This document shows, piece by piece, positions 11,456-25,500 of a stretch of DNA of 64,000 bases. Source of the stretch: Leidyana gryllorum EB-2025a (lineage: Eukaryota > Protista > Apicomplexa); the NCBI GenBank assembly GCA_048772705.1, contig JBLWGC010000002.1, positions 124,001-188,000 on the forward strand, in the 5' to 3' direction. How positions within the stretch are numbered: position 1 is the stretch's first letter; every line of letters starts with the position of its first letter. The notes beneath the pieces are model-generated. The model was not told the DNA's origin, made no database searches, and saw nothing but the letters and a program-made list of their open reading frames with translations. A program made the translations under genes and the position numbers.

Positions 11456-13525
11456 TCACAATCTTCTGAGCCAACCACCTCTTCGCTTCTTGATCGGTTG
11501 TTCGGGTGAGGACGGCGGCTGGGGGCGGACGACTGTCCGCTGGCGGCCACCCCGTGACGGTCGGACTCCGGCCAATTGTTTGCTTACAGCTTTATGGCAA
11601 ACGAAACACAGTGTGCGAAAGGATAGTGGTGTGGTCGCTTCCCCACCCCCCAAGGCTACAGGTACTATGTGGTCTGCCTGCCACACGTCTCCGTCGCGGA
11701 GTCCCATCTTGGGATTGACGGGGGCTCGATACAACTCTTTATAGGGGGAAGCCGTTATCCGTTTGGCCACTTTCTCGGCCAACACGGCCACAGGACTCGG
11801 ATTCCCATCTCGCGCGATGGTCCAAGCGGCCGGTGCTACGCTCATCAGACACAGACTCAGTTCAGTAACATCAAACGGTACAGATTTGTACGCTCGCTCA
11901 CCAATGGCAGCCCGCCGGGCTTCAAAGGTGTGTTCGGCCATCGCCTTCCGAGCGCTCTTTACAATCTCGGTGGTGCTAAGCCCACACTCAGCACAGATTC
12001 CATTGTCTCGGAAACCAACACACTCGCGAGCAAACGGCTCCTGACTACGAAATCGATATAAGTAGACACAGCCGACATCACACATTGTTCGCCTCCGGTA
12101 GAACAAACTATCATCATCGGCCTTCCTCAATACATTCACCGAACGCGAACAGCTCTCAGCCAAAGACTTTTCAGCCTCAGCCAAAGAGCGCTTCACCTCA
12201 TTCTCTGGACATTCATTCTGATCCGCTGCCGCGGCACCAACAGACTCATCACTCTCATCCGATATCGCTAACACGTCGTTGTCGTCCTCTCGAGAAGAGG
12301 AAGAAGACGCCTCCTCCACCTCCACTTTGCCTTTGACTTTGCCACGCCCGCCTCGCCCTCTTCCCGCTTTGGCCTTCACTTTCGCTTTCGCCCTCACTTT
12401 GGGTTTCGCTTTTGCCTTTGCCTTTCGTTTGTGGAACTGAGAGATCTCCCGGCTGCACTGTCGACAGGGACGGGTCTCCGGGCGATTGTCCACACTGAGA
12501 CGGTACCCTCGGGTGGGGTTCACGCGGTTCCTCGTCCCCTCCAGGATCGCTTCGAGCACCGCTGCGCTGTCGTACCGCTCTGAAACATCGGCCTCCAATC
12601 CTTTGAGCGCCTGAGCAAAGGCTTTCACGAGACCCAAAGAGATCAGTTCGATCAGTTCGGCAGCGGGTTTGTCCGAGACGGGTCTTTTGCCCTTCGTATT
12701 GACACCGAGAAAAAGGAGCCCCGCGTCCACAAAGGTCGGGGCCGATGAACGACAAAAGTGCTGAATCGCCTCCCGACTGCTGCCCAGCGTCTCCTCGTCC
12801 TCCAACTCGGCGGCCATAACTGAGGGCAGGTTAACCAGCAGTGTCATCCACTCGTGTAGTCGTGTGTGTTCTTTGATCTTCTTCTTCAGTACACTCTGTC
12901 GTATCGTCTCGTCAACTAATTGTCTCATTGTCAACGTTAAGGGCACCTCGAGCCCCCGCGCGCGTGCCAACGCGTGTTCAAACAGATACTGTCGACACGA
13001 CATGAACGACGTACGCTTCTGCCATTCCTCCACACTCTCCTCCTGTTGAACGGCTGACCCCGCTGGCGGCGCCTCCTCTCGCTTCCGTCTCCGTCTCCTT
13101 GTCGGCGGGACCACCTCGGCACTCAGCTCCACCATAGGCGACTCTGACAGTGGGACAATCTTTTGACCATTGGGCGGGCGCGGGGGCGCCGGTGGTATGT
13201 CATCGTCGTCACCGGGGCGGCAGACGTCTCCCTCACAGATCGCCGACCCGTCTTCCAGATCGACGACCTCAATAACGTCCACAGCTCCGGTCACTTCGGT
13301 CTCTGGGAGCCATCTTTCCTCTGCTCCCGCCTCGTCGTCGTCAGGGGAGAAGGGGAGGGAGGTGATGGAGATGGCGGGGCTCGGGCATTGACGGAGGGGC
13401 GAAGGGATGGGACTGTGACCCAAAACACCGACGGCGTCGTCTATCTGTCCGGATTCAAAAGGATCCTGAAAAAGGATATCGTCCACGACGTCGCAGTCGC
13501 TTTGCTTTTCTTCACTGAGTTCCAT
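11456..13525 (-). CDS. HNH endonuclease domain-containing protein (ZRANB3-type C-terminal HNH with Cys knuckles)
   Basis: 689-aa intronless ORF with CRQC...RRTMCDVGC, RDNGICAECG and WQADHIVPVALGGG...RTLCFVCHK, plus K/R-rich NLS-like tracts. Confidence 0.75.
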   Translation of the reverse strand: MELSEEKQSDCDVVDDILFQDPFESGQIDDAVGVLGHSPIPSPLRQCPSPAISITSLPFSPDDDEAGAEERWLPETEVTGAVDVIEVVDLEDGSAICEGDVCRPGDDDDIPPAPPRPPNGQKIVPLSESPMVELSAEVVPPTRRRRRKREEAPPAGSAVQQEESVEEWQKRTSFMSCRQYLFEHALARARGLEVPLTLTMRQLVDETIRQSVLKKKIKEHTRLHEWMTLLVNLPSVMAAELEDEETLGSSREAIQHFCRSSAPTFVDAGLLFLGVNTKGKRPVSDKPAAELIELISLGLVKAFAQALKGLEADVSERYDSAAVLEAILEGTRNRVNPTRGYRLSVDNRPETRPCRQCSREISQFHKRKAKAKAKPKVRAKAKVKAKAGRGRGGRGKVKGKVEVEEASSSSSREDDNDVLAISDESDESVGAAAADQNECPENEVKRSLAEAEKSLAESCSRSVNVLRKADDDSLFYRRRTMCDVGCVYLYRFRSQEPFARECVGFRDNGICAECGLSTTEIVKSARKAMAEHTFEARRAAIGERAYKSVPFDVTELSLCLMSVAPAAWTIARDGNPSPVAVLAEKVAKRITASPYKELYRAPVNPKMGLRDGDVWQADHIVPVALGGGEATTPLSFRTLCFVCHKAVSKQLAGVRPSRGGRQRTVVRPQPPSSPEQPIKKRRGGWLRRL

Positions 13526-13551
13526 AAGTTTTCAAGTGTGAGTTTTAAATT

Positions 13552-16500
13552 ATGTCTGGCACCTCGTCGGATGAGTCGGGGACCGTCATTGAAGCTTCGA
13601 AAGGAGGCGTGGGGTCCAAATTTGCTGCCTTTTCATATGCTTCAAAGAGTGATGTCATACTTATTATCATTGCAACCATATGTGCCATTGGACAAGGATG
13701 TACTCAGCCTTTAGCTATGCTTTTCCTCGGCGACTCGGTGAATTCCATGGGCGGAGGCGACATGGGTTCCGCCTTTGACACCGTCATCCGCAACTTTGGG
13801 ATATTAGCAGTAAGATACGGAGGACACACACACACACTGCGATCCCGATCGTCAGGCTGTCGGATTTGTCCTGGGAACTATCGCTGCCACTCTCTACGAG
13901 TTCTGCGCTGAACGCCAGATACGCTTAATCAAACGTCACTATGTCCACGGAGTATTGCGCCAGGAAATAGCCTTCTTTGACACCAAAGATCCCGGAAGCT
14001 TGGCCACTGAGATCGAACAATCGTGTGTGACAGTATGTGCAAACTCTAAATCAGAACTCTATGTGTTCGTTCGTTCGTCCGTTTAGATCCGAGATGGAAT
14101 AGGAATGAAGTTTGGCCACATTTGGCAATTCTTCGCACAGTTTGTCGCGGGATATGTCGTTGCCCTCTGCAAAGGCTGGGAGTTAGCGCTCGTCATGTCA
14201 GCTATCATCCCCGCCATAGCCATCGCCCTCGGCGTAGCCATGTCGGCCATGCGACGCGCCACCAAAGTATCTGAAGAGGCATACAGTGGCGCTGGATCTC
14301 TCGTCGAAGAAGTGAGTCCTGCCCTGCAAAGGTTCCACCCGCCAACACACACACGTGCGAACACACTCCCGCAAACACACTCACTCCACCCGGCACCCGG
14401 CAACGCGCTCATTCCTCCCACCTCCACCTCCCCCAACCCCCACCCATTTCGCCCGTCAACAGATAATTCCGGCGATGCGGACAGTGGCGGCGTTTGCTCT
14501 CGAGGGGCATTTCATAAACCGGTTCAATGAGCGGATAGCCCACTCGGAGAAGGCTGACAAGCGGGCCAATACGTATCGCGGGATTGCATTTGGTTCCATC
14601 TTCCTGATTCTGGTGCTCTCGTACGCCCTCGGCTGGTGGTATGGGACAAAGATGGTCACTGATACGTTGGTGAAATCTAACGGTACCGATATGACAACGG
14701 GAGGCGCTGTGATTACTGTCTTCTCGGCTATAATGATAGCAAGTTTCTCTCTGGGACAGGTTGGCCCCAACGTGAGTTCTCTGGTCCAGGCATCAGGTGC
14801 TGCCATTACGGTGTTGGAGCTGTGCGAACGTAACAGTCCCATTGACCCGTTCAGTTCGTATGGTAGCCGGCCGACGCGTTTGGAGGGAGACATAGAATTC
14901 AAGAATGTTCGTTTTGCCTATCCGTCCAGAATGGAGCGCCAGATTTACAGTGATGTATCCTTTAAGATCAAATCAGGCGAGACTGTGGCACTCGTAGGTG
15001 CTTCCGGCTGTGGAAAATCTACAGTTATCCAACTGGTTGAGCGTTTCTATGACCCCACTGGTGGCAGTATTCTGGTTGACGGCCAAGACATCCAGAACTT
15101 CAACCTCAAATGGTTCCGTGACCAATGTGCTTTGGTGTCGCAGGAACCAAAGCTCTTCTGTACTACCATTCGCGACAATATCCGATGCGGTGCCAAAGAT
15201 CCCGAGAAGGTGACTGACGAACAGATTGTCGCCGCTGCCCGAGCCGCTAATGCTCATGGATTTATAAGTTTCTTTGTCAATGGATATGACACTGATGTCG
15301 GTCAAGGGGGAAGTTTGTTGAGTGGCGGACAGAAACAACGGATTGCCATCGCCAGAGCTGTCCTTCGAGACCCATCGATCCTCATCTTGGACGAAGCTAC
15401 TAGTGCTTTGGATAACGAATCCGAAAAGGTGGTTCAGAAAGCGCTCGATGAATTGGTAAAAGCCAAGAAGCGCACCACCATTATTATCGCCCATCGACTG
15501 ACCACAATACGCACCGCCGATAAGATTATCGTCTTTGACAATCCCGATGGCAGCGGTTCGCGCGTTGTCGAAGCGGGCACACACGACGAACTCATGAACA
15601 TCAATGACGGTATCTATAGAAATCTTGTTGATGCTCAGCGGGTGGTCGCCTCTGACGACGAAGAGGCCAAAGAAAAGCTAAACGAGCGTCTTGAACGCGC
15701 TGCTGTGATCCAAAATGCACTCAGCAACCACCTCAGTGGTCAGCTCGGGGGCGCTGATGACGCAGTCCTCAAAGCGCTGCGTTCGCACACGTCCTTTGCT
15801 GACGCTGCGGTCGCTCGTATCCTCTCCAAGCGTCCGAGTAACGTCGCAGACTTCCACGCGTTGCATTCGGGGGCCATTCTGTCGCCGACCAATAAGGATC
15901 AGTTGCAGAAAGAGGTCATCAAAGGTCCGCGTAGAGAGGTCTCAAAGTACATCGAGGACACTCTGGCGGAGCCGTTGGCCCATCCCAGAACCCGCCGTCT
16001 CTGGAAGTACACTGTGAAAGATTGGCCATATATGCTCGTTGGTGCCATAGCATCGATAGCCGCCGGGGCCGTCTTTCCCCTCGTTAGTTTGCTTATGGCG
16101 GAGTTTCTGGGCCTCTTTTTCTCGGTGGACCCCTCCAAGACGCCTCAGGAGAACGCAGATGAGATGATGTCGGCTGGAAATTCCAAAGCACTTTTGTACG
16201 TGTATCTGGCGATCGCTGCGTGCGCGGCGCTTTACGGCCAACAGGAGTGTTGGGGTCGCATGGGCGAAGGATTGGTGGCCACAATGCGTCGCAAAGTGTT
16301 CGCCAATATGATACATCAGGATATGGAATTCTTTGACAATGCGGACAATAACGCCGGACACCTCTCAGCCGTCCTCTCTGCAGACTGTGCATTGACTCGC
16401 GGTATCACGGGAGAGAATCTCAGTATCATTCTCCAGAACACCTTCACATTGGTCATCTGTAAGTTCCGGGGGCGCACCGTACGTAAAGTAGACCGATGCC

Positions 16501-17984
16501 TCAGCCATTGTGATAGCGTTCTGTGGAGAGCCGAGACTCGCGGCTGTGGCTCTGGCCGCCTTTGCTCTGATGGTTCCAGCAGTATACTTCCAGGCGAAAT
16601 TAAGCAAACCTAAGAGTGCTGAGAAGAAGACCAATGACTCCAATAAAGTCAACGACTCCCGCAGCACTCAGTTCGTGGTGAACGAAGTCGTCTGCAACCT
16701 GAGGACCATCGCCGCCTATAATCTGCAGCCCTGGATGGAGGACCTCTACGATGCAGCGCTCTCGCGTGAGTTCGGGAGCAACGCTCGTATGTCCATTGTC
16801 TCGGGTGTGGCTTCCGGACTGGCCACCGGCCTCCAGGGAGCCGCCAACGCCATCACCTTTTGGTACGCGGGACACTTAATGTCGAGTGAGCCCGATCTCG
16901 ACGTTGAAACGGCTATGAGGACCATTATGGTGATGATGAACGCCGGAGGCGGACTCGGCCGAGCATCAGCTTTCGCCACAGACTCGCGCAAAGCAAAGAC
17001 GGCCTGCAAAAACATCTTCTCCATTCTCGACAGATCCTCGCCAGTCGACAGCCGAAGCACCGAAGGCGATACTTACACAAACATTAGCGGCCGGATCGCT
17101 CTCGAAGATGTCACCTTCCGCTACCCCGGACGACCAAAGGTCCCCGTAAGTGGCAATCGTGTGTGTGTGTGTGTGTGTGATTGCGAGCGTGGTGTCCGCA
17201 GATCCTGAAGGGAGTCGACTTTGAGGTCAAAGCGGGACAATCAGTGGCTTTGGTGGGAGCCTCTGGGAGTGGAAAGTCGACGGTGATCCAATTTTTGGAA
17301 CGATTCTATGATGTGCGACCTTCAATGGACCTGCGGATAGCAATGAATAATGCCGAAGACATTGATAAGATTGACCCCAGCGAAATGTATGGGGGAAGTG
17401 TGAGATTGGACAATCAGAACATCCTGCGTTACAACGTGGCGTATCTGAGGTCCAAAATGGGACTCGTTGGGCAAGAACCCGTGTTATTCACTGGAACCAT
17501 CCGGGAGAACATTGCTCATGGCAAAGAGGGAGCTACCGAAGAAGACATCAGGCGAGCCGCACAGATGGCCAACGCGGCCGACTTTATTGAGAAACTCCCA
17601 GAACAGTACGACACGCAAGTCGGAAGAGGAGGAGGACAAATGTCGGGAGGTCAAAAACAGAGAATTGCCATAGCGCGCGCTCTGATTCGTGACCCCGCAA
17701 TCTTATTATTCGATGAAGCGACTTCAGCTTTGGACCCAGAATCTGAGGCGATCGTTCAAAAGACACTGGACAAATTGTTGGCCGGCGATAATGGAGATGG
17801 TCCCAAAAAGACATCAATCACTATCGCCCATCGACTGTCCACTGTCCGCAACTCAGATCTCATTGTGGTATTCGCTCCACGCCCCGGAGTGGGCTCTCAC
17901 ATCATTGAACGTGGTACTCACGATGAGCTCATGAGAATATCCAATGGAGTTTACCGGAACCTAGTGGAGATTAGTTCTCGATAG
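13552..17984 (+). CDS. ABC transporter subfamily B (MDR/P-glycoprotein), full TMD-NBD-TMD-NBD; paralog 1
   Basis: Walker [10 protein letters not shown] and GASGSGKST; signature [10 protein letters not shown]; Walker [25 protein letters not shown]; IAHRL. About 5 GT-AG introns explain the ORF breaks. Confidence 0.93.
17159..17179. repeat. (GT)n microsatellite, intronic
   Basis: Seen directly in the last intron of ABCB paralog 1. Confidence 0.9.
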
Positions 17985-18006
17985 TTAGATGTGAAATTTT
18001 GCGGTG

Positions 18007-21000
18007 ATGGTGGGGGGACCCTTGACTGCGTTCACCTATGCCTCCAAGGCTGATAGAGTTCTGTTAGGTATTGCCGTAACAGCAGCGATTGTTCAAGGGA
18101 GCGGCCCGGTTAGTCTCTATCTCAGATAAAAGCTCAATGGGGAGGAACCACTATGACGAATTCAGGCTGTCTCAATGTACCTGGTTGGAACCACAATTGA
18201 CGCACTAGGACAAGGTGACCTTGGGGAGAACTTCTCACGCAGCATATGGTTCTTCTTCTTATTGGGTGCCATATGCTTTGTCTTCGGAACTATATCACAC
18301 ACACTCTTTGAGATATGCGCTGAGAGGCAGATATGCAGAATCAGAAGTGCCTATGTTCGCGCTATCCTCAGACAAGACATCGCCTACTATGATGTGAAGG
18401 ACCCTGGAAGTATCTCATCGGACATTGAACAATCATGTATAAAGGTGGGAACCACTCAAGATACCACTCATAATACCGCATAACCAGATACGCGACGCCA
18501 TCGGTCTGAAATTAGCCATGGCGGTGCAATTTACCATCCAGGTGCTCGCTGGCTACGCAGTGGGTCTGGCCACCCATTGGCTATTGGCGGTGATCATGTT
18601 GGCCGGAATTCCGCTCTTGGCCTCCAACACATATCTGCTCACTTTGGCGATTTCACGAGCGATTAGGACGTCCATAGAAGCGTACAACCGAGCAGGATCT
18701 CTTGTCGAAGAGGTACAGTCCTTACGCCCCGCGTGTCTCCTCCCGTTCCGTATTTACCACACACCACACACAACACATAATGGTTTAACAGGTCGTGACA
18801 AACATGAGAACCGTTGCCGCCTTTGGGTTGGAAGACTACTTTTCGCAACGTTACAGCGAGAAAGTGGAGGCAGCGGCAGCGGCTGACCGACGAGCGAACA
18901 CTTCAAAGGCGATCTGCATGGGAGTCATATTTCTGATTTTGGTGGGGTTCTATGCTCTCGGTTGGTATTGTGGGTCCAAAATGGTAATTGGTACCCTACG
19001 AGAGTCAGATGGCGAAGACCTATCTATGGGCGGAAGAGTATTGGTCGTCTTTTTCTGTTGTACTGGTTCAGCCTTTGCGTTGGGTCAGATTGGTCCAAAT
19101 ATCACCGCCTTGTCGCAAGCAGGGGCATCCATCGCCTCGATCGTGGATTTGAGTAATAAGGCGTCAGAAGCTGACCCCTTTTCTGACGAAGGACTGGTGA
19201 GTATTGTCTGTCTGTCGGAATTGTGATTGGCTATTGTGCCGTTCCCTTGTCAGCAACCAGAAGAGTTTCAGGGCAAAATTGAATTTCGCAAGGTCGCCTT
19301 TGCCTATCCGACTCGGCGCGAGCGGCCTGTGTACACCGATCTCTCGTTCGTCATTGAGGCGGGCGAGCGTGTTGCGATTGTTGGGTCGTCAGGCTGTGGG
19401 AAGTCGACAATTATCCAGCTGCTGCAGAGATTTTACGAGGTTGATGAGGGAACCATTCTCCTCGACGATCGAGACATCCGCGACTACAACATTCGGTGGC
19501 TCCGGTCGAGAATGGCTTTGGTTTCCCAGGAACCTCGACTGTTCAGTCTGACCATCAGGGACAATATCGGAATGGGGCAAGCTTCTTCGGGCTTTGGTGG
19601 TGGCGGTTCTGACGAGCGTATGCGTGAGGCAGCCCGTACCGCCAATGCCTGCACTTTTATTGATAACTTGCCACAACAATACGACACGCACGTCGGGGAG
19701 GGGGGACGTCTGCTTTCGGGTGGTCAAAAGCAACGAATTGCGATTGCCCGAGCTGTGTACAGAAATCCCGATGTTCTTCTCCTCGATGAGGCCACCAGTG
19801 CTCTGGACACGGAGTCTGAACGAGTGGTCCAACGAGCTTTGGATGCCATTGTGCAGTCCAAACAGCGCACGACGATCATAATAGCACACCGACTATCAAC
19901 TATACGTAACGCTGACCGTATCTTGGTGCTGCATCGTTCGGCCAAAGATGACAGCGGGGCGAATGTCGTTGAGTCTGGCAAACATGACGACCTCATGGAA
20001 CTGGATCAGGGACGGTATCGTTCCCTCGTGGAGTCTCACCAGTGCCAACTGCAGGCGGAAGTTGAGTCCTCCTCCACTCTGACAAGTGATTATATACCTC
20101 CTCCGTCGTTCAACAATAAAACGAGTCAAATTGTCGGCACCCCTTTGACCTCGGCAGCCACTGATACTCCCCTCGACCGTCAGCCTGAAGAAGAAGTTTA
20201 TCTTCCTCTGAAAAGCGCTTCCACCACTGGGCCCGCTTCCAAGGGAACGCATCGACAGGCGACACTCAAGAAGGACTCTATTCGTCGACTGTGGAAAATG
20301 GCCTATGCTGATTGGCCATTGGCAATACTCGGCATCATCGCTTCTGGGGGAGCTGGATTTTGCATACCCGCTCTCACCATCATTACCAGTTCGTTCCTGA
20401 GCATTTTCTATCACAGTGCCACAGTCCAAGACACACTCGATGCATCACTCGAATACATCACCTCCCACTCGCGAAAGATGATCTTTCTGTTATTAGGGTT
20501 GGCTGCCCTCTCGGCAGCGGTCAACTTCCTGCAACACTACGCCTGGGGGACCCTTGGAGAACGACTGGTCTGCAGACTGCGACAAGCAGTCTTCGGACAA
20601 CTGATCTTTCAGGACGTTCCGTTTTTTGACCAGCCAGACACTGACACTGGCAACCTCTCGTCTGTCCTCGCCACCGACTGCGCACTCAGCCGCGGAATAA
20701 CTGGCGAAAATCTCTCTCTCATTGTACAAAATGGCTTTCAATTAATGACAGGTAACATTCATATTCTGTAATCGACGGCTGTCAAGACACAACTCGATAT
20801 CATCACTCTTGCATCTCGGCCCGCTCGCATCTGATGGCTAATTTCTTCGCCTTCTCAGCACTGATTGTGGCATTTATGGGCCATGCCCGACTAGCAGGGG
20901 TCTCAATGTGTATATACGCCCTGATCATCCCCGCAGTATTCATCCAAGTCAGGATGACTCAGCCGGAAACCCCCAAGGGTTTCACTGTCGGAGATGACAC

Positions 21001-22513
21001 ACCTATTGACAACCTTCATGTAAGCCTTCGCTTCCGCTCCATGTCTCCCTTGTACACACACGCGCGCGCACAGGATACCAAATTCTTGATGAATGAGATA
21101 GTTACCAATCTGCGAACAATCGCGGCTTACAATCTGCAAGACCCAATCGAAGCGATGTTCAAAGAAGCCATTGATCACGAATACATCCGAAAGCGTCGCA
21201 ATGCTATTGTAACGGGATTGGCATCGGGGTTATCGAATGGCCTGCAGCCACTGGCGCACGCCTGCGCTTTCCTTTACACACGACACATCGTCGCTAGAGC
21301 CGACGAATCCTTAGATGTGGGGGTCATAGTGCGGGTAAGCCACAGAACTAGGACTCCATTGGCGATATGCCCCCATACGGCGGTCCTCCGACCATCAATT
21401 CATCTTCCCCTCCTCCGCAGACACAAGAAGTTTTAATGGGCGCCGCTATGGGAATTGGTCGCGCTTCTGCCTTCGTGACAGACACCCGAAAAGCCAAGAT
21501 GGCGTGTACGAACATCTTCACCCTGATTGATAGAGTCCCTCGAGTTGACGTCCGAGACGAACACGGAGACCGAACCACTCCCATTCGTGGAAACGTTACC
21601 TTCGATAAAGTCAACTTCACATATCCTTCGCGTCCCGAGAATAAGGTGGGAGCGGAGGTCTAATTTCGATCAATACCCTTCTTGTTGTCCCCCAGATTCT
21701 GGCAAGAGTATCTTTCAATATACAATCGGGGGAAGCTGCCGCGTTGGTGGGATCCTCCGGATGTGGGAAATCGACAATAGTGCAATTAATGGTGGGCGGC
21801 TCATCGGGGCAGCATCGCTTTATATGGACTCCACTCAGGAACGTTTCTATGATGTAGTGGGCTTGAAAGACGACTGTGTAGTTGCCACAGGCGAGCCTGC
21901 GGAACTCACTGAAGTACAAGAGCCCAATAGTGGGGAGGTCTACCTCGAAGGACGACCGATACAGTGTTATCATCTGCCATATCTGCGTAGTCGGCTCGGA
22001 TTGGTCGCTCAGGAGCCGATTCTGTTCACCGGGAGTATTAGACAGAATATAGAAATGGGCAAGCTCGATTGTACAGAAGAGGAAGTCGTCGAAGCTGCCA
22101 AACGCGCAAATGCTTACGACTTCATAATGGAACAACCTGAAGGATTCGACACGGATGTTGGTCGAGGTGGATCCCGTTTGTCGGGTGGTCAGAAGCAGAG
22201 GATCGCCATCGCAAGAGCACTTATTCGCAAACCAGCTATTTTGCTATTCGACGAAGCTACCAGTGCCCTCGATAGCGAGAGTGAAGCAGTCGTACAAGCA
22301 ACTCTTACGGCGCTCACCGCAGAGCGAAACACCACTACCATCACCATTGCCCATAGACTTTCCACCATACGCACAGCTGATCGCATAATCGTATTCAGCA
22401 GACAGGAAGATGGTGGATCCGTCGTTGCCGAAATGGGACAACATTCTCAGCTTATGGAACTCGACAACGGAGTATATCGTACTTTGGTCCAATCGTCCTT
22501 GGCCGCTGAGTGA
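18007..22513 (+). CDS. ABCB/MDR full transporter; paralog 2 (most divergent)
   Basis: ATG 18007 (MVGGPLTAFTYASKAD). Two NBDs with [23 protein letters not shown] and [20 protein letters not shown]. About 9 short introns. Confidence 0.9.
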
Positions 22514-22571
22514 CTTTGGGACACCGTTTCGGCTGGCCGTCAGCGGCATTTTTTTGAAACAAAATTCGAAC

Positions 22572-25500
22572 ATGGCTGACGCCACATCCAAACGCCCATC
22601 AACCAATGCCGCACCCGATGACAATCCGACGGCCCCACCTAAGGCTTCGCCATTCGGAGCGTTCGCGTTCGCGGACAGACGAGACAAGCATATGATGATA
22701 TGGGCCATCTTGGCTTGTATAGTACAAGGCGCAGCTCCGGTATGGCGCGGAATCATAAAGATGATGCTAAGACGCTCATTAATGTTCTGCTCTTCAGCCT
22801 ATGAACATGCTGGTTCTTGGTGATTCCGTGAACGACATGGGGGTCGGCAATATGGACGACGCCTTAGGGAAGATCGTGCGCAATTTCTCGATCATTGGAG
22901 CGATTAGTTTCGCAATGGGTACCATTGGACACACATTGTTCGAAGTGTGTGCTGAACGACAGCTCGCTGCCCTCAAGCGTGCCTACGTCCGTGCTGTCTT
23001 ACGACAGGATGTGGCATTCTATGATGCTAAAGACCCCGGCTCCATTGCTACAGACATTGAACAATCTACTGTCCGTGTTCGAGATGCTATTGGCATGAAG
23101 TTTGCCATGATATGGCAATATGCCGCACAATTTATTGCTGGTTATGTTGTTGCGCTGGTCCGTGGGTGGCAATTGGCCCTAGTAATGACATGTGTTGTAC
23201 CGGCTTTGGGCGCTGCGATCACACTACTGACTTTACAAATTCGCAAAGCTGTAAAACAGGCGGACGAAGCTTACGCCCAGGCCGGATCCATAGCAGAGGA
23301 GGTAAGTGATGCTTCGATCTTGGTCGCTGAATCGTGTGGTGGGCACATTCCAACCAGTCGCTACATGTTGCGTCTGTGCGACCTATATATCTCAAGACCA
23401 CCGTTATTATCCTTTCAGGCAATTCCAGCAATGCGCACTATTGCTGCTTTTGGTCTTGAAGAGCATTTTATTGAGCGATTTAATGAGAAGTTGAGGCATT
23501 CTGAAGCAGCTGATCGCAAGAATAGCATGTTCCGGGCTGTCTCGATGGGGGCGATCTTCATGATCCTCTTCCTATCTTACGCACTTGGCTGGTGGTACGG
23601 TACCAAGCTGGTTGTGGATCGTCTGGAGGACTCCAACTTCACTGACTTCACGATGGGAGGAAAAGTTATGACAGTATTCTTCTCGATTATGGTCGCTTCT
23701 TTCTCTTTGGGGCAAATAGGCCCCAACATTAGCGCCTTATCTCAGGCTGCGGGTTCCGTTTCCGTGGTGGTGGAGCTCACCAATCGCGACTCGCCGGTGG
23801 ACCCATTTGACCGGAGCGGCGCCGTGAGTGACAAGAATGTGTTCATTTTGACGTTGTTTTCGTCTCGCAGACTCCTGACAAGTTGGAAGGACACATTAAA
23901 TTCAATAGAGCCGAATTCCATTACCCGACGCGCCCCGAACGGCAAATCTATGACGGAGTGACCTTTGAGATCGAGGCCGGTCAAACAGTTGCTTTAGTTG
24001 GAGCGTCGGGATGTGGCAAGTCGACTGCTATTCAGCTGATTGAGAGATTCTATGAGGTCACTGGGGGTGCTGTAGAGATGGACGGGCAGGACATCCGCCA
24101 ATTGAACATCCAATGGCTGCGTGCCCAAATGGCGCTGGTGTCGCAGGAGCCTAAACTATTTGCCTCAAGTATCCGAGAGAACATCCGATGTGGCGCGAAA
24201 GATCCCGCCACTGTGACTGACGAGCAGATCATTGAGGCTGCACGTGCTGCCAACGCCCACGATTTCATCTCGGCTTTCGCAGACGGGTATGAAACTGAAG
24301 TTGGCCAGGCAGGAAGTTTGTTATCGGGTGGTCAGAAGCAGCGAATTGCTATCGCGCGGGCGATCTTACGAGATCCTTCGATCTTAATCTTGGACGAAGC
24401 GACAAGTGCATTGGACAATGAGTCGGAGAAGATTGTGCAAAAGGCTCTGGATGATTTGGTGCGAATGAAACGTCGAACGACTATTATTATTGCCCATCGT
24501 TTGACCACTATTCGGGGAGCTGACAAAATCATCGTGTTTGAGAACAAAGATGGACACGGTGCCAAAGTTGCCGAAAGTGGCTCACATGACGAATTGATGA
24601 GAATTGACAACGGAATCTATCGAGGATTGGTCGAAGCACAGCAAATGGTCGCTTCTGAGGAGGACTCTGTCCCCTCGCCTCGAGCTTTGGCTGAGGCCGC
24701 GACGCATCGTCGGTATAGTAAAGAGGGTCGTACCCCACCCACGATGCAGCGAGAGGGGAGTAGAGGTGAGTGTGAAGGGCGCTTTGATCGTCGTTACGTC
24801 CATTCAGTATCGAGAAGCAGCAGCGCTTATCGCGGTTTGGTGTCGAAATCTTCAAAACAAGGCTCTCGAGCCTTCGGCAGCGCCACAGACATTGTCAAGG
24901 ACACTCCCCTGGAAACGTTCAAGGGCGGCAAAACTCGCCGACTGTGGCGTTATACGAAGAATGATTGGCCCTACGCCATTGTAGGAGCCATCGGATCGCT
25001 CGCAGGCGGAGCACTCTTTCCGGTACTGACCATTGTCATCTCCAGTTTCCTCGGAGTCTTCTTTGATATCGAGGGGGGCCCAGATGGAATGCGGAAAGCG
25101 GGCAGTGATCGTGCACTGATTCTCGTTGGACTCGGAATTGGTGCTGGCGTCTTTATGTTCCTCGCACAATGGGGGTGGGGAACCGTCGGCGAAAGACTGG
25201 TGGCCACGATGAGGCGGCGCATCTTTGGTAACATGGTGTACCAAGATATGGAGTACTTTGACGACGCTGAGAACAACACCGGACACATCAGCGCTGTTCT
25301 GTCTGCCGATTGCGCGTTGACTCGTGGAATGACTGGCGAGAATCTGAGTCTTATCCTCCAGAACGGATGCGGGCTCGTTGTGGCGTTGGTCGTAGCCTTT
25401 ATGGGACACGCGCTCCTGGCTCTGGTCTGTCTGGCCTGCTATTCATTGATGATCCCCTCGGTATACATCCAGATGCGGATGACTCAACCCAGTCGCCCGC

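Noticed and set aside
11456-13525. HNH gene as a homing endonuclease or IscB/Cas9-like mobile nuclease
   Set aside because: No RuvC motifs, host intron/intein, flanking repeats or space for a guide RNA. It has eukaryote-style low-complexity and NLS tracts.
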